A stretch of DNA of 64,000 bases from Acidobacteriota bacterium. GTDB lineage: Bacteria; Acidobacteriota; Thermoanaerobaculia; Gp7-AA8. Positions 10,673-22,544 of this stretch are shown one piece after another. The stretch covers positions 416,001 to 480,000 of the forward strand of contig JAFATB010000006.1 of the NCBI GenBank assembly GCA_019244185.1, read 5' to 3'. The notes under the pieces were generated by a model, which saw only the letters and a program-made list of their open reading frames with translations, was not told the origin of the DNA and did no database searches. The position numbers were made by a program, and so were the translations under genes. The first letter of the stretch is position 1. Every line of letters starts with the position of its first letter.

Positions 10673-12070
10673 GTGCCGCCACGCAATGCGCGCCCCGAAG
10701 CGTCTCTCTACCCGGCTACCGCTTCCACCAAAGCGGACGCCGTCGCCTTCTATCGCTCCATCGCGAAGTTCATCCTGCCGCACCTGCGCCACCGGCCGCT
10801 CTCGTTCAAGCGCTACGTCGATGACGTGCGCGGCGAATCGTTCTGGGAGAAGGACGCGCCGTCGTTCACGCCGGCGTGGGTGAAGCGCTTTCCGGTGCCG
10901 CGGCGCGACGGACCGCCGATCGAATACATCGTCGTCGACAACGCGAAGACGCTGCTCTGGATCGCGAGCGTCGGCGGAATCGAGCTGCATCCGTTTCTGC
11001 ATCGCGTGCCGCACATCGACGTCGCCACGCACGTCGTCTTCGATCTCGATCCCGGTCCCGGCGCCGGTCTCGCGGACTGCGCACGCGTGGCGCTGCTGCT
11101 GCGCGACGCATTGCGCACGATCGCGCTCGAATCGTTCGCGAAAGTCTCCGGCTCGAAAGGCATTCAGGTGTACGTCCCGCTCAACAGCGACGTGCCTCAT
11201 ACGGCAACGGAGCCGTTCGCGCGCGTGGTCGCCGAGGAGCTCGCGCGCGCGTATCCGAAACTCGTGGTGGCGCGGATGGCGAAGTCGCTGCGCGCGAAGA
11301 AGGTGTTCATCGACTGGAGCCAGAACGCCGATTTCAAAACGACGGTCGCCGTCTACTCGCTGCGCGCGAAACGCGACGTACCGCTCGTGTCGATGCCGGT
11401 GCGCTGGGAAGAGCTCGAGCGCGATCCGCAGCGGCTCGAGTTCTCGCCCGACGCCGCGCTCGCGCGGCTGCGCAAACTCGGCGATCTCTTCGCGCCGGTG
11501 CTGACGATGCAGCAGACGCTCAATGTCGCCGCGCCGAAGCGTCGCGCGGCGAGCGCAACGCAACGCGCACGGCGCGAATCGGCGACGTCACTGCCGAAAG
11601 CGCGGTCGCAGTCGGGACGCCGTTTGTTTCTGCTGACGAAGACGGAAATGGGCGAAGAGCTGTGGCTCGACATGAACGGCGTCTTCACGCGCTGGATTCT
11701 CCGCCGCGATCGCGAGGGCGGACCGCGACTCGTGGCGATGCCCGCGGGCACGTTCCCGATCGATCCCGCTTATCGACGCGGTGAAGTGCCCGCGCAATGG
11801 AAGGGACGCACGACGATCGAAGACGCAGGCGCGCACGAGATCGTCGAAGGCAGCTTCGCGCGCGAGCGCTTCGCGCTGTGGTTCAGCGGCAAGATCCTCA
11901 GCGGTGCGTGGACGCTCGTGAAGTCGCCGGGCGCGGCGCACAAGTCGTGGCGGCTCGAGCCCGCGCAACGCAAAGCGCCGCAACGCAAACCAACGCGGCT
12001 CAAGCCAGCGCGGACAGGCGATGCCCGGTCGTCCGCAAAATCGCGTCGACGTCGTAGCGGCGGCCGCTGA
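10673..12070 (+). CDS. LigD-type primase/polymerase domain fused to a degenerate phosphoesterase domain
   Basis: FDLDPG, KVSGSKGIQVYVP, VFIDWSQN, TTVAVYSLRA; C-terminus follows the PE-domain pattern (FSGKILSGAWTLVK). Confidence 0.85.
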   Translation: MPPRNARPEASLYPATASTKADAVAFYRSIAKFILPHLRHRPLSFKRYVDDVRGESFWEKDAPSFTPAWVKRFPVPRRDGPPIEYIVVDNAKTLLWIASVGGIELHPFLHRVPHIDVATHVVFDLDPGPGAGLADCARVALLLRDALRTIALESFAKVSGSKGIQVYVPLNSDVPHTATEPFARVVAEELARAYPKLVVARMAKSLRAKKVFIDWSQNADFKTTVAVYSLRAKRDVPLVSMPVRWEELERDPQRLEFSPDAALARLRKLGDLFAPVLTMQQTLNVAAPKRRAASATQRARRESATSLPKARSQSGRRLFLLTKTEMGEELWLDMNGVFTRWILRRDREGGPRLVAMPAGTFPIDPAYRRGEVPAQWKGRTTIEDAGAHEIVEGSFARERFALWFSGKILSGAWTLVKSPGAAHKSWRLEPAQRKAPQRKPTRLKPARTGDARSSAKSRRRRSGGR

Positions 12071-12944
12071 GGCATTCCGTCAGCAGGTTGCGCATCTCCT
12101 GCGCGGCGACCGGCTTGTAGAGCACCGCGTGCACGATGTCGCGGTCGGCGACGCTCACGACCTGATCGCTGAAGCCGGTGACGATGAAGAGCGCGCGCGG
12201 ACGATCCTGCCGCGGCAGGCTGCGCAGGTAGTCGAGCACTTCCCAACCGCTGAGTCGCGGCATGTTGAGGTCGAGCAGCGCCATGTCGTAGCGGCACGTC
12301 TTCATCGCCGCGACGGCATCGCGTCCCGTGGCGACGATGTCCGCACTGACGCCGACGTGCGCGGCGAGCTGCGCGTAGAACTCGCGAATCGGCGCGTCGT
12401 CGTCCGCCATCAAGATCCGCTTGCCCGGAAACTGCGCCGGACGCGCGGTGAGCACCGCCAGCGCGGCGTCGAGCGCCTGTCCGAGCTCGGCCGGCGTCGC
12501 GTAGCGATCGCGCGGCTCGCGCGCGAGACACCGATACACCGCGGCCGCGACTTCGATCGGCACGTCGTTGCGCGACTCGCGCAAATCGAGCGGCAGATCG
12601 CTGCACGCGGCGAGCATCACTTCATTCGGCGTCGCGCCGCGGAACGGCGGATGTCCGGCAATCGCATGGAAGAGGATCGCGCCGAGGGAGAAGACGTCGG
12701 ACGCGGGCGTCGCGGGCTTGCCGAGGACGCGCTCGGGCGACGCGTACTGTCCCCAGCGCGGACGATCCGCGCCGCCGGGCGGTGCGATCGCAACGGTCGC
12801 GTCGTCGAAGACTTCGATCGCGCTCGGCCGCAGCTCGCCGTGCACGCTCTTGAGCGCGGCCGCGGCGCGGCGGATGATCCGCACCGCGTCGACGACCGGC
12901 ATCGGTCCCGACGCCATGAGCGTGGTGAGCGGCTCTCCGAGCAT
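12000..12944 (-). CDS. Degenerate Ser/Thr kinase C-lobe fused to a receiver domain
   Basis: HGELRPSAI, YASPE, SDVFSLG; then ILMADDD, LLDLNMP, VTG, YKP. Confidence 0.8.
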   Translation of the reverse strand: MLGEPLTTLMASGPMPVVDAVRIIRRAAAALKSVHGELRPSAIEVFDDATVAIAPPGGADRPRWGQYASPERVLGKPATPASDVFSLGAILFHAIAGHPPFRGATPNEVMLAACSDLPLDLRESRNDVPIEVAAAVYRCLAREPRDRYATPAELGQALDAALAVLTARPAQFPGKRILMADDDAPIREFYAQLAAHVGVSADIVATGRDAVAAMKTCRYDMALLDLNMPRLSGWEVLDYLRSLPRQDRPRALFIVTGFSDQVVSVADRDIVHAVLYKPVAAQEMRNLLTECLSGRRYDVDAILRTTGHRLSALA

Positions 12945-13069
12945 GGTTGCCCCCGCCAGCCGTGCAAAGCAATCGCCAGCCGGCCCGGCCGGCTGCGCTG
13001 GTTGCCCCAGGCTGCTTCAGGAGATGGGGCTGAAGGTCACATGCGCCGAAGCGGGCGAAACGATCGCGC

Positions 13070-15193
13070 TTACGGCTTAACGACGCCCAGCGTTGTGAGC
13101 AGCCACGCGTAATCCGCGGCGTCGTCGTGCAGCTTGTCGTACCGTCCCGACGAGCCGCCGTGGCCCGCGCCCATGTTCACGCGCAGGATGAGAGGGTTGT
13201 CGTCGGTCTTGTTCGCGCGCAGCTTCGCCACCCACTTCGTCCCTTCCCAGAAGCCGACCTGGCTGTCGTTGAGCGACGTGCGCACCAGCATCGCCGGATA
13301 CGCCTTCTTCTCGACGTTCGAGTAGGGGTCGTAGCTCTTCATGTAAAAGTACGCCTCCTTCTCGTTCGGATTGCCCCACTCGATGTACTCCTGCGTCGTG
13401 AGCGGGAGCGTGGCGTCGAGCATCGTGTTCATCACGTCGACGAACGGCACGTACGCCATGACGGCCTTGAAGAGATCGGGACGCATGTTCACGACCGCGC
13501 CCATCAGCAGGCCGCCCGCGCTGCCGCCCTGGATCGCGAGCTTGTCCTTCGTCGTGTAGCCTTCCTTCACCAGCTCGTCCGCGACGGCGATGAAGTCGGT
13601 GAAGGTGTTCTTCTTCGTCATCATGCGGCCGGCCTCGTGCCACTCCTTGCCCATCTCGCCGCCGCCGCGGATGTGCGCGATCGCGTAGACCATGCCGCGG
13701 TCGAGGAGCGAGATGCGGTTCGAGTTGAACGTGTCGCCGGTCGACGAGCCGTACGAGCCGTACGCGTAGAGCAGCAGCGGATTCTTCGCGCGCGGATCGA
13801 GGCCGCGCTTGTAGACGATGGCGACCGGGATCTTCGCGCCGTCGCTTGCCGTGACGAAGAAGCGCTCCGACTTGTACTTCGCCGGGTCGTAGCCGATGAC
13901 TTCCGTGCGCTTGAGCAGCGTCTGCTTGCGCGAGTCGAGGTCGTAGTCGTAGACGGAGAACGGCGTGACCATCGACTGGTAGCCGTAGCGGAAGACGTTG
14001 GTGTCGAACTCCTCGTTCGGCGCGGGCGTCGTCGTGTAGGCCGGTTCGGGGAACGAGACGCGATGCACCTTCGCCGGCGTCGCTCGGAGGTCGTAGATCT
14101 CGAACGCGGGCAGGCCGTTCTCGCGCAGCCGCACGACGAGATGGTTCTTGAAAAGGTCGATCGTCTCGATGCGCACCGGCTTGCGGTACGGCACGACTTC
14201 TTTCCATTGCGCCGGATCGGCGTAGTTGTCGACCGGCGCCGAGACGACGCGGAAGTTGATGCCGGCGTCGTTGGTCATGAAGTAGAAGCGGTCGCCGCGA
14301 TGATCGGGGTAGTACTTGCGGTCCGCCTTGCGCGGCATCATCAGCACCGGCGTCGACTCCGGTTTCGCCGCGGAGACGAGGCGCACTTCGTTCGAGGTCT
14401 TGCTCTCGGCGTTGAGGAAGATCCAGTCGCCGCTGCGCGAGCGCGAGGCGTCGACGTCGAACATCTCGTCGGTCTCTTCATACAACAGCGTCGAGGCGTC
14501 GCTGCCGAGGACGTGGCGGAAGATGCGGTTCTGCCGCTTGGCGTCGTTCTCCGTCGTGTAGAACAGCGTCTTATTGTCGGCCGCCCAGATCAGAGAGCCG
14601 ACGCGCTGTGCGGTGTCGGGCAGCATCTTCCCGGTGCGGAGATCCTTGACGTGCAGGATGTACTGGCGATACCCGGTCTCGTCGGTCGTGTAGGCGAGGA
14701 GGTTCTCGTCGTCACTGACGGTGAACTCCGCCACGACCATGTACTTCTTCCCCACCGCGAGCTCGTTGACGTCGATGAGCAGCTCTTCCGGCGCGTTCGG
14801 CGTCGTCTTCTTGCGCGCGAAGATCGGGTACTGCTTTCCCTCGATCGTCCGCGTGTAATAGAGGTAGTGGCCTTTGCGATACGGCACCGCGACGTCGGTC
14901 TGCTTCACGCGGCCGAGCATCTCGTCGTACAGCGTCTTCTGCAGCGCGAGCGTCGGCTTGGTCATCGCCTCCGCGTACGCGTTCTCCGCTTCGAGGTACG
15001 CGATCGTCTCCGGATTGGTCTTGTCGCGCAGCCAGCCGTAGTCGTCGACCCGCGTGTCGCCGTGCAGCTCGAGCGACTTCGGGACTTTCCTGGCGCTCGG
15101 TGGCTTGAGCGCGTCAGGTTTGGCGACTTCCGATTGCTGGGCGAGCGTGGTCACGGCGGCGAACGTCATGGCGAGCAAAGTAAGCAGACGCAT
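13070..15193 (-). CDS. ptrB: Oligopeptidase B (S9A) with signal peptide
   Basis: DDYGWLRD, HIRGGGEMG, GGSAGG nucleophile motif, GHGGSSGRY. Confidence 0.93.
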   Translation of the reverse strand: MRLLTLLAMTFAAVTTLAQQSEVAKPDALKPPSARKVPKSLELHGDTRVDDYGWLRDKTNPETIAYLEAENAYAEAMTKPTLALQKTLYDEMLGRVKQTDVAVPYRKGHYLYYTRTIEGKQYPIFARKKTTPNAPEELLIDVNELAVGKKYMVVAEFTVSDDENLLAYTTDETGYRQYILHVKDLRTGKMLPDTAQRVGSLIWAADNKTLFYTTENDAKRQNRIFRHVLGSDASTLLYEETDEMFDVDASRSRSGDWIFLNAESKTSNEVRLVSAAKPESTPVLMMPRKADRKYYPDHRGDRFYFMTNDAGINFRVVSAPVDNYADPAQWKEVVPYRKPVRIETIDLFKNHLVVRLRENGLPAFEIYDLRATPAKVHRVSFPEPAYTTTPAPNEEFDTNVFRYGYQSMVTPFSVYDYDLDSRKQTLLKRTEVIGYDPAKYKSERFFVTASDGAKIPVAIVYKRGLDPRAKNPLLLYAYGSYGSSTGDTFNSNRISLLDRGMVYAIAHIRGGGEMGKEWHEAGRMMTKKNTFTDFIAVADELVKEGYTTKDKLAIQGGSAGGLLMGAVVNMRPDLFKAVMAYVPFVDVMNTMLDATLPLTTQEYIEWGNPNEKEAYFYMKSYDPYSNVEKKAYPAMLVRTSLNDSQVGFWEGTKWVAKLRANKTDDNPLILRVNMGAGHGGSSGRYDKLHDDAADYAWLLTTLGVVKP

Positions 15194-15240
15194 CGCGCGT
15201 TGAAGACGCGTCGAAGCGGTCTGAAGATTCCCGCGTTCTC

Positions 15241-16923
<1,683 letters not shown>

Positions 16924-17031
16924 ACGGACTACGGATATGTGCGCGGCCCGCGCGTGCATTCCCGTGACGGAACCGCACCAACGCGGGAACGGCGTCTTGA
17001 CCGCGCTTCCGGCCCCGTCTACGGTTGCCAC

Positions 17032-17466
17032 ATGAAACGGCTTCCGCTTGCCGTCGTCATGTCCCTCGTCTTCGCGGCGGGAGCTCTCGCCGACGATCTC
17101 GAGGTCATCCAACGGCTCGATCACGAGATCACCGTCGCCACCTGGACGGCCGATCCGGTGTGGTTCGAGGAAAACCTCGCTGACGACTACGTGCTCATCA
17201 CGCCGGCGGGCACGATCCGCACGAAGGCGGACGTCATCCGCGAGCTCGGCGTCCCCGGCTTCAAGATGGCGCCGTTCGAGTCGACGGAAGTGCAGATCCG
17301 CATGTACGGCGACACCGCCATCGTCACCGGACGGATGCTGCAGCGCTCGACCGTCGGCGGCCTGCTCTACTCGCGCGACCTTCGCTACACCGACGTTTAC
17401 GTGCGCCGCAAAGCGCGCTGGCAGCTCGTGAGCGGGCATACGTCGACCGTCGGCAACAAGCGCTGA
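17032..17466 (+). CDS. Secreted NTF2-like (DUF4440) protein
   Basis: Signal peptide; [26 protein letters not shown]...WQLV. Confidence 0.85.
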   Translation: MKRLPLAVVMSLVFAAGALADDLEVIQRLDHEITVATWTADPVWFEENLADDYVLITPAGTIRTKADVIRELGVPGFKMAPFESTEVQIRMYGDTAIVTGRMLQRSTVGGLLYSRDLRYTDVYVRRKARWQLVSGHTSTVGNKR

Positions 17467-17493
17467 CGGCCTGCATTCGCGTACTCTAGGTTC

Positions 17494-18924
17494 GTGACGT
17501 CCGGTCCGTTGCCGACGCGGCAATACGGCGACTACGACCTCGAGTCGTTCCTCGGCAAGGGCTCGATCGGCAAGGTCTACCTCGCGCGCCACCGGCGCAT
17601 CGGCCGCCGCGTCGCGCTGAAGACCGTCCATCTCGAGCAGAAGTTCGAGGACGAGATCGACCGCAACGAGTTCTACCGCCGGCTCCAGCGCGAGGCCGAG
17701 CTCTGCGCGGTGATGCAGCATCCGAACATCGTCACGCTCTACGACGTCGGCTACGAGGACGACGTCGTAACGTATCTCGCGACCGAGTACATCGACGGCG
17801 AATCGCTGCTCGGGCGCCTCCGTCGCACGCGCCCCCTGCCGCTCGGCGAGGCGCTCGCCATCGCGTTCGATCTGCTGCGCGGACTCGCGTACGCGCACGG
17901 CAAGGGCATCATCCACCGAGACATCAAGCCGGCGAACATTCTCCTGACGTCGGAAGGTCAGGCGAAGGTCGCCGACTTCGGCGTCGCGCGTCCGCTGCAC
18001 TCGAGCCTCACGACCTCGCGCTCGCTCGTCGGCACGCCGAACTACATGTCCCCCGAGCAGGTGAAGACGACGCCCGTGTCGCCGCGCTCCGATCTCTTCT
18101 CCGCCGGCGTCGTGATCTACGAGATGCTCACCGGCACGAAGCCGTTCGCCGCGCCGGAGCTGAGCGCGATCCTCTACAACATCGTCAACCTCACGCCGCC
18201 GCCGGTGCACGAGCTGAATCCGTCCGTGCCGCCGGCAATCTCGCAGGTCATCGCGAGACTCCTGGCGAAGGATCCGGCCGATCGCTACGAGAGCGCGAAC
18301 GATGCGCTGCGCGCGCTGGATGCCGCGCGTCCGGCGACCACACCCGCCGCGTCAACACCGTTAACCGCGGCGCCGCTGCCGCTCGCGTCCGAGGCCGAGA
18401 CCATCGCGGTGATGCCGCACGATGCGACGACGCCGCTGCCGACGATCGTCGATCCGATCGTTACGCGTCCGATCCTGCGCCGGCGCGTTCCGGGCGCGCT
18501 CTTCTGGACGATCACGCTGCTGCTCATCGCGGGACTCGCGACCGCGGTCGTGCTGCTGCGCCACTCCGCCGCGCGTCAGAAACCGGCCGCCGTGCTGCCG
18601 CCGTCGCTCGTCGCGCAGACGGACGCGAAGCGGCGCGCGCTCGAAAACGCTCGCGCGCTCGTGCGCGGCGGCGCGTATGCGGATGCGATTCGCGCCTACG
18701 ACGCGCTGCTCGCTCGCGCGCCGGAGATGGAAGTCGCGCGCGAGGAACGCGCCGAGGCCCAGCGGCTGCTCGATGCAGCCACGCCGAAGGCGGAGGTGAC
18801 GAAGACCGCGCGCAAGACGAAGCGCGTCGACGACAGCGAACCGGCGGCACAAGCGCAACAGCAGCAGCCGGCGAAGAAGCCGTCGCGGTGGGAGCGCGTC
18901 AAACACTGGTTCCGGGGGAAGTGA
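17494..18924 (+). CDS. Hanks-type Ser/Thr protein kinase with TM helix and C-terminal TPR-like region
   Basis: [26 protein letters not shown]. Confidence 0.95.
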   Translation: MTSGPLPTRQYGDYDLESFLGKGSIGKVYLARHRRIGRRVALKTVHLEQKFEDEIDRNEFYRRLQREAELCAVMQHPNIVTLYDVGYEDDVVTYLATEYIDGESLLGRLRRTRPLPLGEALAIAFDLLRGLAYAHGKGIIHRDIKPANILLTSEGQAKVADFGVARPLHSSLTTSRSLVGTPNYMSPEQVKTTPVSPRSDLFSAGVVIYEMLTGTKPFAAPELSAILYNIVNLTPPPVHELNPSVPPAISQVIARLLAKDPADRYESANDALRALDAARPATTPAASTPLTAAPLPLASEAETIAVMPHDATTPLPTIVDPIVTRPILRRRVPGALFWTITLLLIAGLATAVVLLRHSAARQKPAAVLPPSLVAQTDAKRRALENARALVRGGAYADAIRAYDALLARAPEMEVAREERAEAQRLLDAATPKAEVTKTARKTKRVDDSEPAAQAQQQQPAKKPSRWERVKHWFRGK

Positions 18925-19798
18925 GCAGCGAGCGCAACACGCGATGCCAGCGCGCGCGCTGAAAGTACCAGACCAGCGCCACGCCGATCGGCACGAACGA
19001 AAAGAGCAGAAGCATCCGCGCGACACCTTCGATGCCCGGCTGAATCCCGAAGCGGATCTGCAGGTCGAGCGCGATCGACTCGAGGTCGTTCATCAGCGCG
19101 CCGCCTTTGCCCTCACGGTACCAGTCGAGAAACTCCGCGTCGTGCATCAGCCGCCATGCGAAGTGCATGCTGTGGATCTGCACGAAGAACGCGACGAACG
19201 CGCCGAGCGGCCGCTCGACGTCGGGGTTCTTCCAGCCGACGCCCGCCAGTGCCTTGTAGAAGAGGATGCCCGCGAGGACGAACTCCGAGACGTGTCCCGC
19301 CGCGCTGAACGCGAGCTCGCGCCGCCATTCGCGCGAGACGAACACGAACCAGATCGCGAAGAGCACCAGCACGATGGCGAGGCTCGTGCGGTTCGTGCGG
19401 AACAGCCACGCGAGATAACCGAACCCGCACGCGACGAGGACCGCGATCGACGGATGAAACTCGCCCATGTGCGTCATGCCGCCGCCGTACACGAAATCGA
19501 AGGCGGGCAGCGACGGATGTCCGAGGAGCCAGCCGATGACCGCGTGTCCGAACTCGTGGAAGAGCGTCACCAGCGCCGAGAAGACGAACCGCGTGAACGG
19601 AATGATGTAGACGACGATCGCCGCCGCGAGACCGCCGCCGAGAATGCGCCATTCCGCCGCGCCGATGCGCCCATCCGCGACGCGCTCCTCTTCGAACACG
19701 TACGGCGTCACCGGCCGCCACTTCGCGAACACGATCCCGCACCGCGCGCATTCGAGCGCGTCCTCGGCGTTATCGAACGAGCAGCGCGGGCACGGCAC
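18899..19798 (-). CDS. Zinc-ribbon plus M50-like membrane metallopeptidase
   Basis: CPRC...CARCG N-terminus; HEFGH in a TM segment; distal ND motif. Confidence 0.7.
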   Translation of the reverse strand: MPCPRCSFDNAEDALECARCGIVFAKWRPVTPYVFEEERVADGRIGAAEWRILGGGLAAAIVVYIIPFTRFVFSALVTLFHEFGHAVIGWLLGHPSLPAFDFVYGGGMTHMGEFHPSIAVLVACGFGYLAWLFRTNRTSLAIVLVLFAIWFVFVSREWRRELAFSAAGHVSEFVLAGILFYKALAGVGWKNPDVERPLGAFVAFFVQIHSMHFAWRLMHDAEFLDWYREGKGGALMNDLESIALDLQIRFGIQPGIEGVARMLLLFSFVPIGVALVWYFQRARWHRVLRSLLTSPGTSV

Positions 19799-19839
19799 GC
19801 CGCGATGATAAGCGCGCTTCGCGTGCGATACTCGACCAC

Positions 19840-20337
19840 GTGTCGATCTACGAGCAGCTGTTCGCGCGACTGGCACAAGCGAATGTCCGATACGTCGTGG
19901 TGGGTGGAGTGGCGGTCGTGCTGCACGGGTATCTCCGCGCCACGGCGGATCTCGACCTGGTCATCGATCTCGAAGAAACGAACGCGCGCCGCGCGATGAC
20001 GGCACTCGAACGAGCGGGACTCGAGCCGCTTGCGCCGGTCCGCGCGGCAGAATTCGCGGATGCGGCAACTCGCAGACGATGGATCGATACGAAGAACCTG
20101 CGCGTGTTCTCCTTGCGCGACCCGCACGAGCCCTTGCTCACCGTCGATGTCTTTGCCGAAGATCCGCTTCCGTTCGAGGAACTCTGGACTCGATCGGCCA
20201 TCGTCCGCCTCGGCGGGTGTGACGTCCGCATCGCATCGATTGCCGATCTGCTCGTGATGAAGCGCGCAGCGGCCCGCCCGCAGGATGCCATCGACATCGA
20301 ACACCTGGAACGCATCGCGAAGGAACGCACCTCGTGA
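19840..20337 (+). CDS. Pol-beta-like nucleotidyltransferase
   Basis: YVVVGGVAVVLHG, RATADLDL, MKRAAARPQDAIDI. Confidence 0.85.
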   Translation: MSIYEQLFARLAQANVRYVVVGGVAVVLHGYLRATADLDLVIDLEETNARRAMTALERAGLEPLAPVRAAEFADAATRRRWIDTKNLRVFSLRDPHEPLLTVDVFAEDPLPFEELWTRSAIVRLGGCDVRIASIADLLVMKRAAARPQDAIDIEHLERIAKERTS

Positions 20338-20528
20338 ACGGTGAAAAGCCCGAATCCGACGACTGGTGCGGCGACTTCGCGACCGCCAGCGGGCATGCCG
20401 CGCGTGCCGGCCTGCTCGCGACGCCCGAGCAGCGGCTCGCGTGGCTCGAGTCGATGCTGCGTCTCGCCGCGAAGAGCGGCGCGCTCGAGCGCGTGCAACG
20501 CGAGCGCAGCCGCGAACGCATCTTCTGA
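20334..20528 (+). CDS. Small partner protein of the nucleotidyltransferase
   Basis: GTGA overlap; TPEQRLAWLE motif typical of small genes beside such NTases. Confidence 0.6.
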   Translation: MNGEKPESDDWCGDFATASGHAARAGLLATPEQRLAWLESMLRLAAKSGALERVQRERSRERIF

Positions 20529-20556
20529 TTGGCGCGCTTCGCGGTACGCTTGACGC

Positions 20557-21231
20557 ATGCGACGCATCGTTCTCGCGTTCCTCTGCCTCTCCGCCGCCGC
20601 GTCTCTGCGCGCCGCGAGCCTCGCCGACGAAGTCGTGGCGGCGTACGGCGGACGCGCCGCGCTCGCGAAAATCAGCGCGGTGCGCGAGACCGGCACGGTC
20701 GTGTCGATGATGCGCAGCGGCACCGGCAACACCGTGCGCACGTTCGCGTTTCCCGACCGGCTCAGCGTCGCCATCACCTATCCGCAGTCGAGCGAGCTAC
20801 GCGACGTCGACGGCGCGCGCGGCTGGCAGAACGGCAAGGAAGCGTCGGGCGCGCAGCTCGATGCGATGGCGTTGCAGGCGGCGCGGCTGAACGCGCCGCG
20901 GCTGCTCGCCGAACACGCGGCGGACGTGAAGCAGGACGGCGCCTCCAAGCTCGTCGTCACGCTGCCGCGCGGCCTAGCGCTCGCGCTGGAGATCGATCCG
21001 AAGACGCATTACATCGTTCATTCGGCCGGCACGCTCACGGGCGGCATGGCGTTCGAGACGAACTACAGCGACTTCCGCAACGTCGGCGGCGTCGTGTTCG
21101 CGTTTCACGAGGAGAACGTCGCCGGCGGCATGGCCACGGGAACGACCACGCTGACGAACGTCGAGCTGAACCCGAAGCTCGACGCAGGCGCATTCGGTCC
21201 CGACGCGGCGGCGCCGCGCCAGCGGAGCTGA
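20557..21231 (+). CDS. Secreted LolA/lipoprotein-sorting-like protein
   Basis: Signal peptide; AYGGRAAL, YSDFRNVGGV, VELNPKLD..F. Confidence 0.65.
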   Translation: MRRIVLAFLCLSAAASLRAASLADEVVAAYGGRAALAKISAVRETGTVVSMMRSGTGNTVRTFAFPDRLSVAITYPQSSELRDVDGARGWQNGKEASGAQLDAMALQAARLNAPRLLAEHAADVKQDGASKLVVTLPRGLALALEIDPKTHYIVHSAGTLTGGMAFETNYSDFRNVGGVVFAFHEENVAGGMATGTTTLTNVELNPKLDAGAFGPDAAAPRQRS

Positions 21232-21232
21232 C

Positions 21233-22261
21233 GTGTCCGCGAACTGGCTGCTGTACGGCGCGAACGGCTACACCGGCGAGCTGATCGCGCGCGAGGCCGT
21301 GCGCCGCGGCATCCATCCGATTCTCGCCGGCCGCAGCACGGAGAAGATCGAGCCGCTCGCGCGCGAGCTGCAATGCGAATCGCGCGTCTTCGACGTCCGT
21401 AAGCCCGATCTGCGCGGCGTTGCGCTCGTGCTCCACTGCGCCGGGCCGTTCGTGCACACCAGCGCGCCGATGGTCGACGCGTGTCTCGCGTCGGGCGTGC
21501 ACTATCTCGACATCACCGGCGAGATCGACGTCTTCGAAGCAGTGCTCGCGCGCGATGCCGAGGCGAAGCAGCGCAACGTGGCGCTCCTCCCCGGCGTCGG
21601 CTTCGACGTCGTTCCCACCGACTGTCTCGGCGCGATGCTGCATGCGCGCATGCCCGACGCCGTCGAGCTGTGGCTCGCGTTCGACTCGCGCCGCGGCGGC
21701 ATCAGCCGCGGCACGCTGCGCACGATGCTCGAAGGCCTGGGCAAGGGCGGCGCGATTCGCCGCGACGGGCAGATCGTGCACGTGCCGCTCCTGTACGACG
21801 TCCGCGAAATCCCGTACGCAAGCGGCCCGCGCCTGTCGATGACGATTCCATGGGGCGACGTCGCGACGGCGTTTCATACGACCGGCATTCCGAACATCCG
21901 CGTCTACAACGCCACGCCGCCGTCGACCATCCGCCGCCTGCGCCGCACGCGCTATTTCCTGCCGCTGATGCGCATCACGCCGGTCAAGCGCGCGATGCAG
22001 TGGATGTCGACGCGCAACCGCACGGGACCGGGCGAAACGCAGCGCGCGCAATCGCGCGTCGAGTTGTGGGGACGCGTCGTCAATGCACGCGGCGAAGAAG
22101 CCACAATGACCCTGTCGACGCCCGAGGGATATTCATTCACCGTGCTGTCATCGTTGGAGGCGGTGCGGAGAATTCTGCAGGAGCCGCGCGCCGGCGCATT
22201 CACACCCGCGCGCGCCTTTGGAATGAATTTCGTCAATGAGGTATTGACAAACGCACAATAG
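21233..22261 (+). CDS. Saccharopine dehydrogenase-like oxidoreductase
   Basis: YGANGYTG, HCAGPF, HYLDITGE, GFDVVPTD. Confidence 0.9.
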   Translation: MSANWLLYGANGYTGELIAREAVRRGIHPILAGRSTEKIEPLARELQCESRVFDVRKPDLRGVALVLHCAGPFVHTSAPMVDACLASGVHYLDITGEIDVFEAVLARDAEAKQRNVALLPGVGFDVVPTDCLGAMLHARMPDAVELWLAFDSRRGGISRGTLRTMLEGLGKGGAIRRDGQIVHVPLLYDVREIPYASGPRLSMTIPWGDVATAFHTTGIPNIRVYNATPPSTIRRLRRTRYFLPLMRITPVKRAMQWMSTRNRTGPGETQRAQSRVELWGRVVNARGEEATMTLSTPEGYSFTVLSSLEAVRRILQEPRAGAFTPARAFGMNFVNEVLTNAQ

Positions 22262-22276
22262 GCGCGCTATTGTGCG
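22244..22276 (+). promoter_or_regulatory. Sigma70-type promoter with overlapping palindrome
   Basis: TTGACA (22244)-N18-TATTGT (22268); CGCACAATAG-N5-CTATTGTGCG at 22252-22276. Confidence 0.65.
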
Positions 22277-22300
22277 CCACCCTTACAAACGACGACGAAC

Positions 22301-22381
22301 ATGATGACCAAACGCGAACAGAGATATTGGATCGGTCGACCGGAATTTCCGGGAACCGCCGGAGGTACGCTCGTGCCCTAG
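22301..22381 (+). CDS. Putative leader peptide MMTKREQRYWIGRPEFPGTAGGTLVP
   Basis: 26-codon ORF between promoter and terminator; contains the antiterminator-competent GCCGGAGG. Confidence 0.6.
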   Translation: MMTKREQRYWIGRPEFPGTAGGTLVP

Positions 22382-22409
22382 CCGATGCTCAGCATCCGCT
22401 CATTGCACG

Positions 22410-22448
22410 AGCCCCTTCGGTCATGACAGCCGAAGGGGCTTTTTGTTT
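22410..22448 (+). terminator. Intrinsic terminator (attenuator)
   Basis: AGCCCCTTCGG...CCGAAGGGGCT then TTTTGTTT. Confidence 0.85.
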
Positions 22449-22544
22449 GGTTTTTACTGAATTTCGAGGATGAGACCGTCCGGGTCCGGCGGCGCGCAGG
22501 TCGCTGACACTGTCGCGTTCCGTGTACGGGTTCTGACGAAGGAA

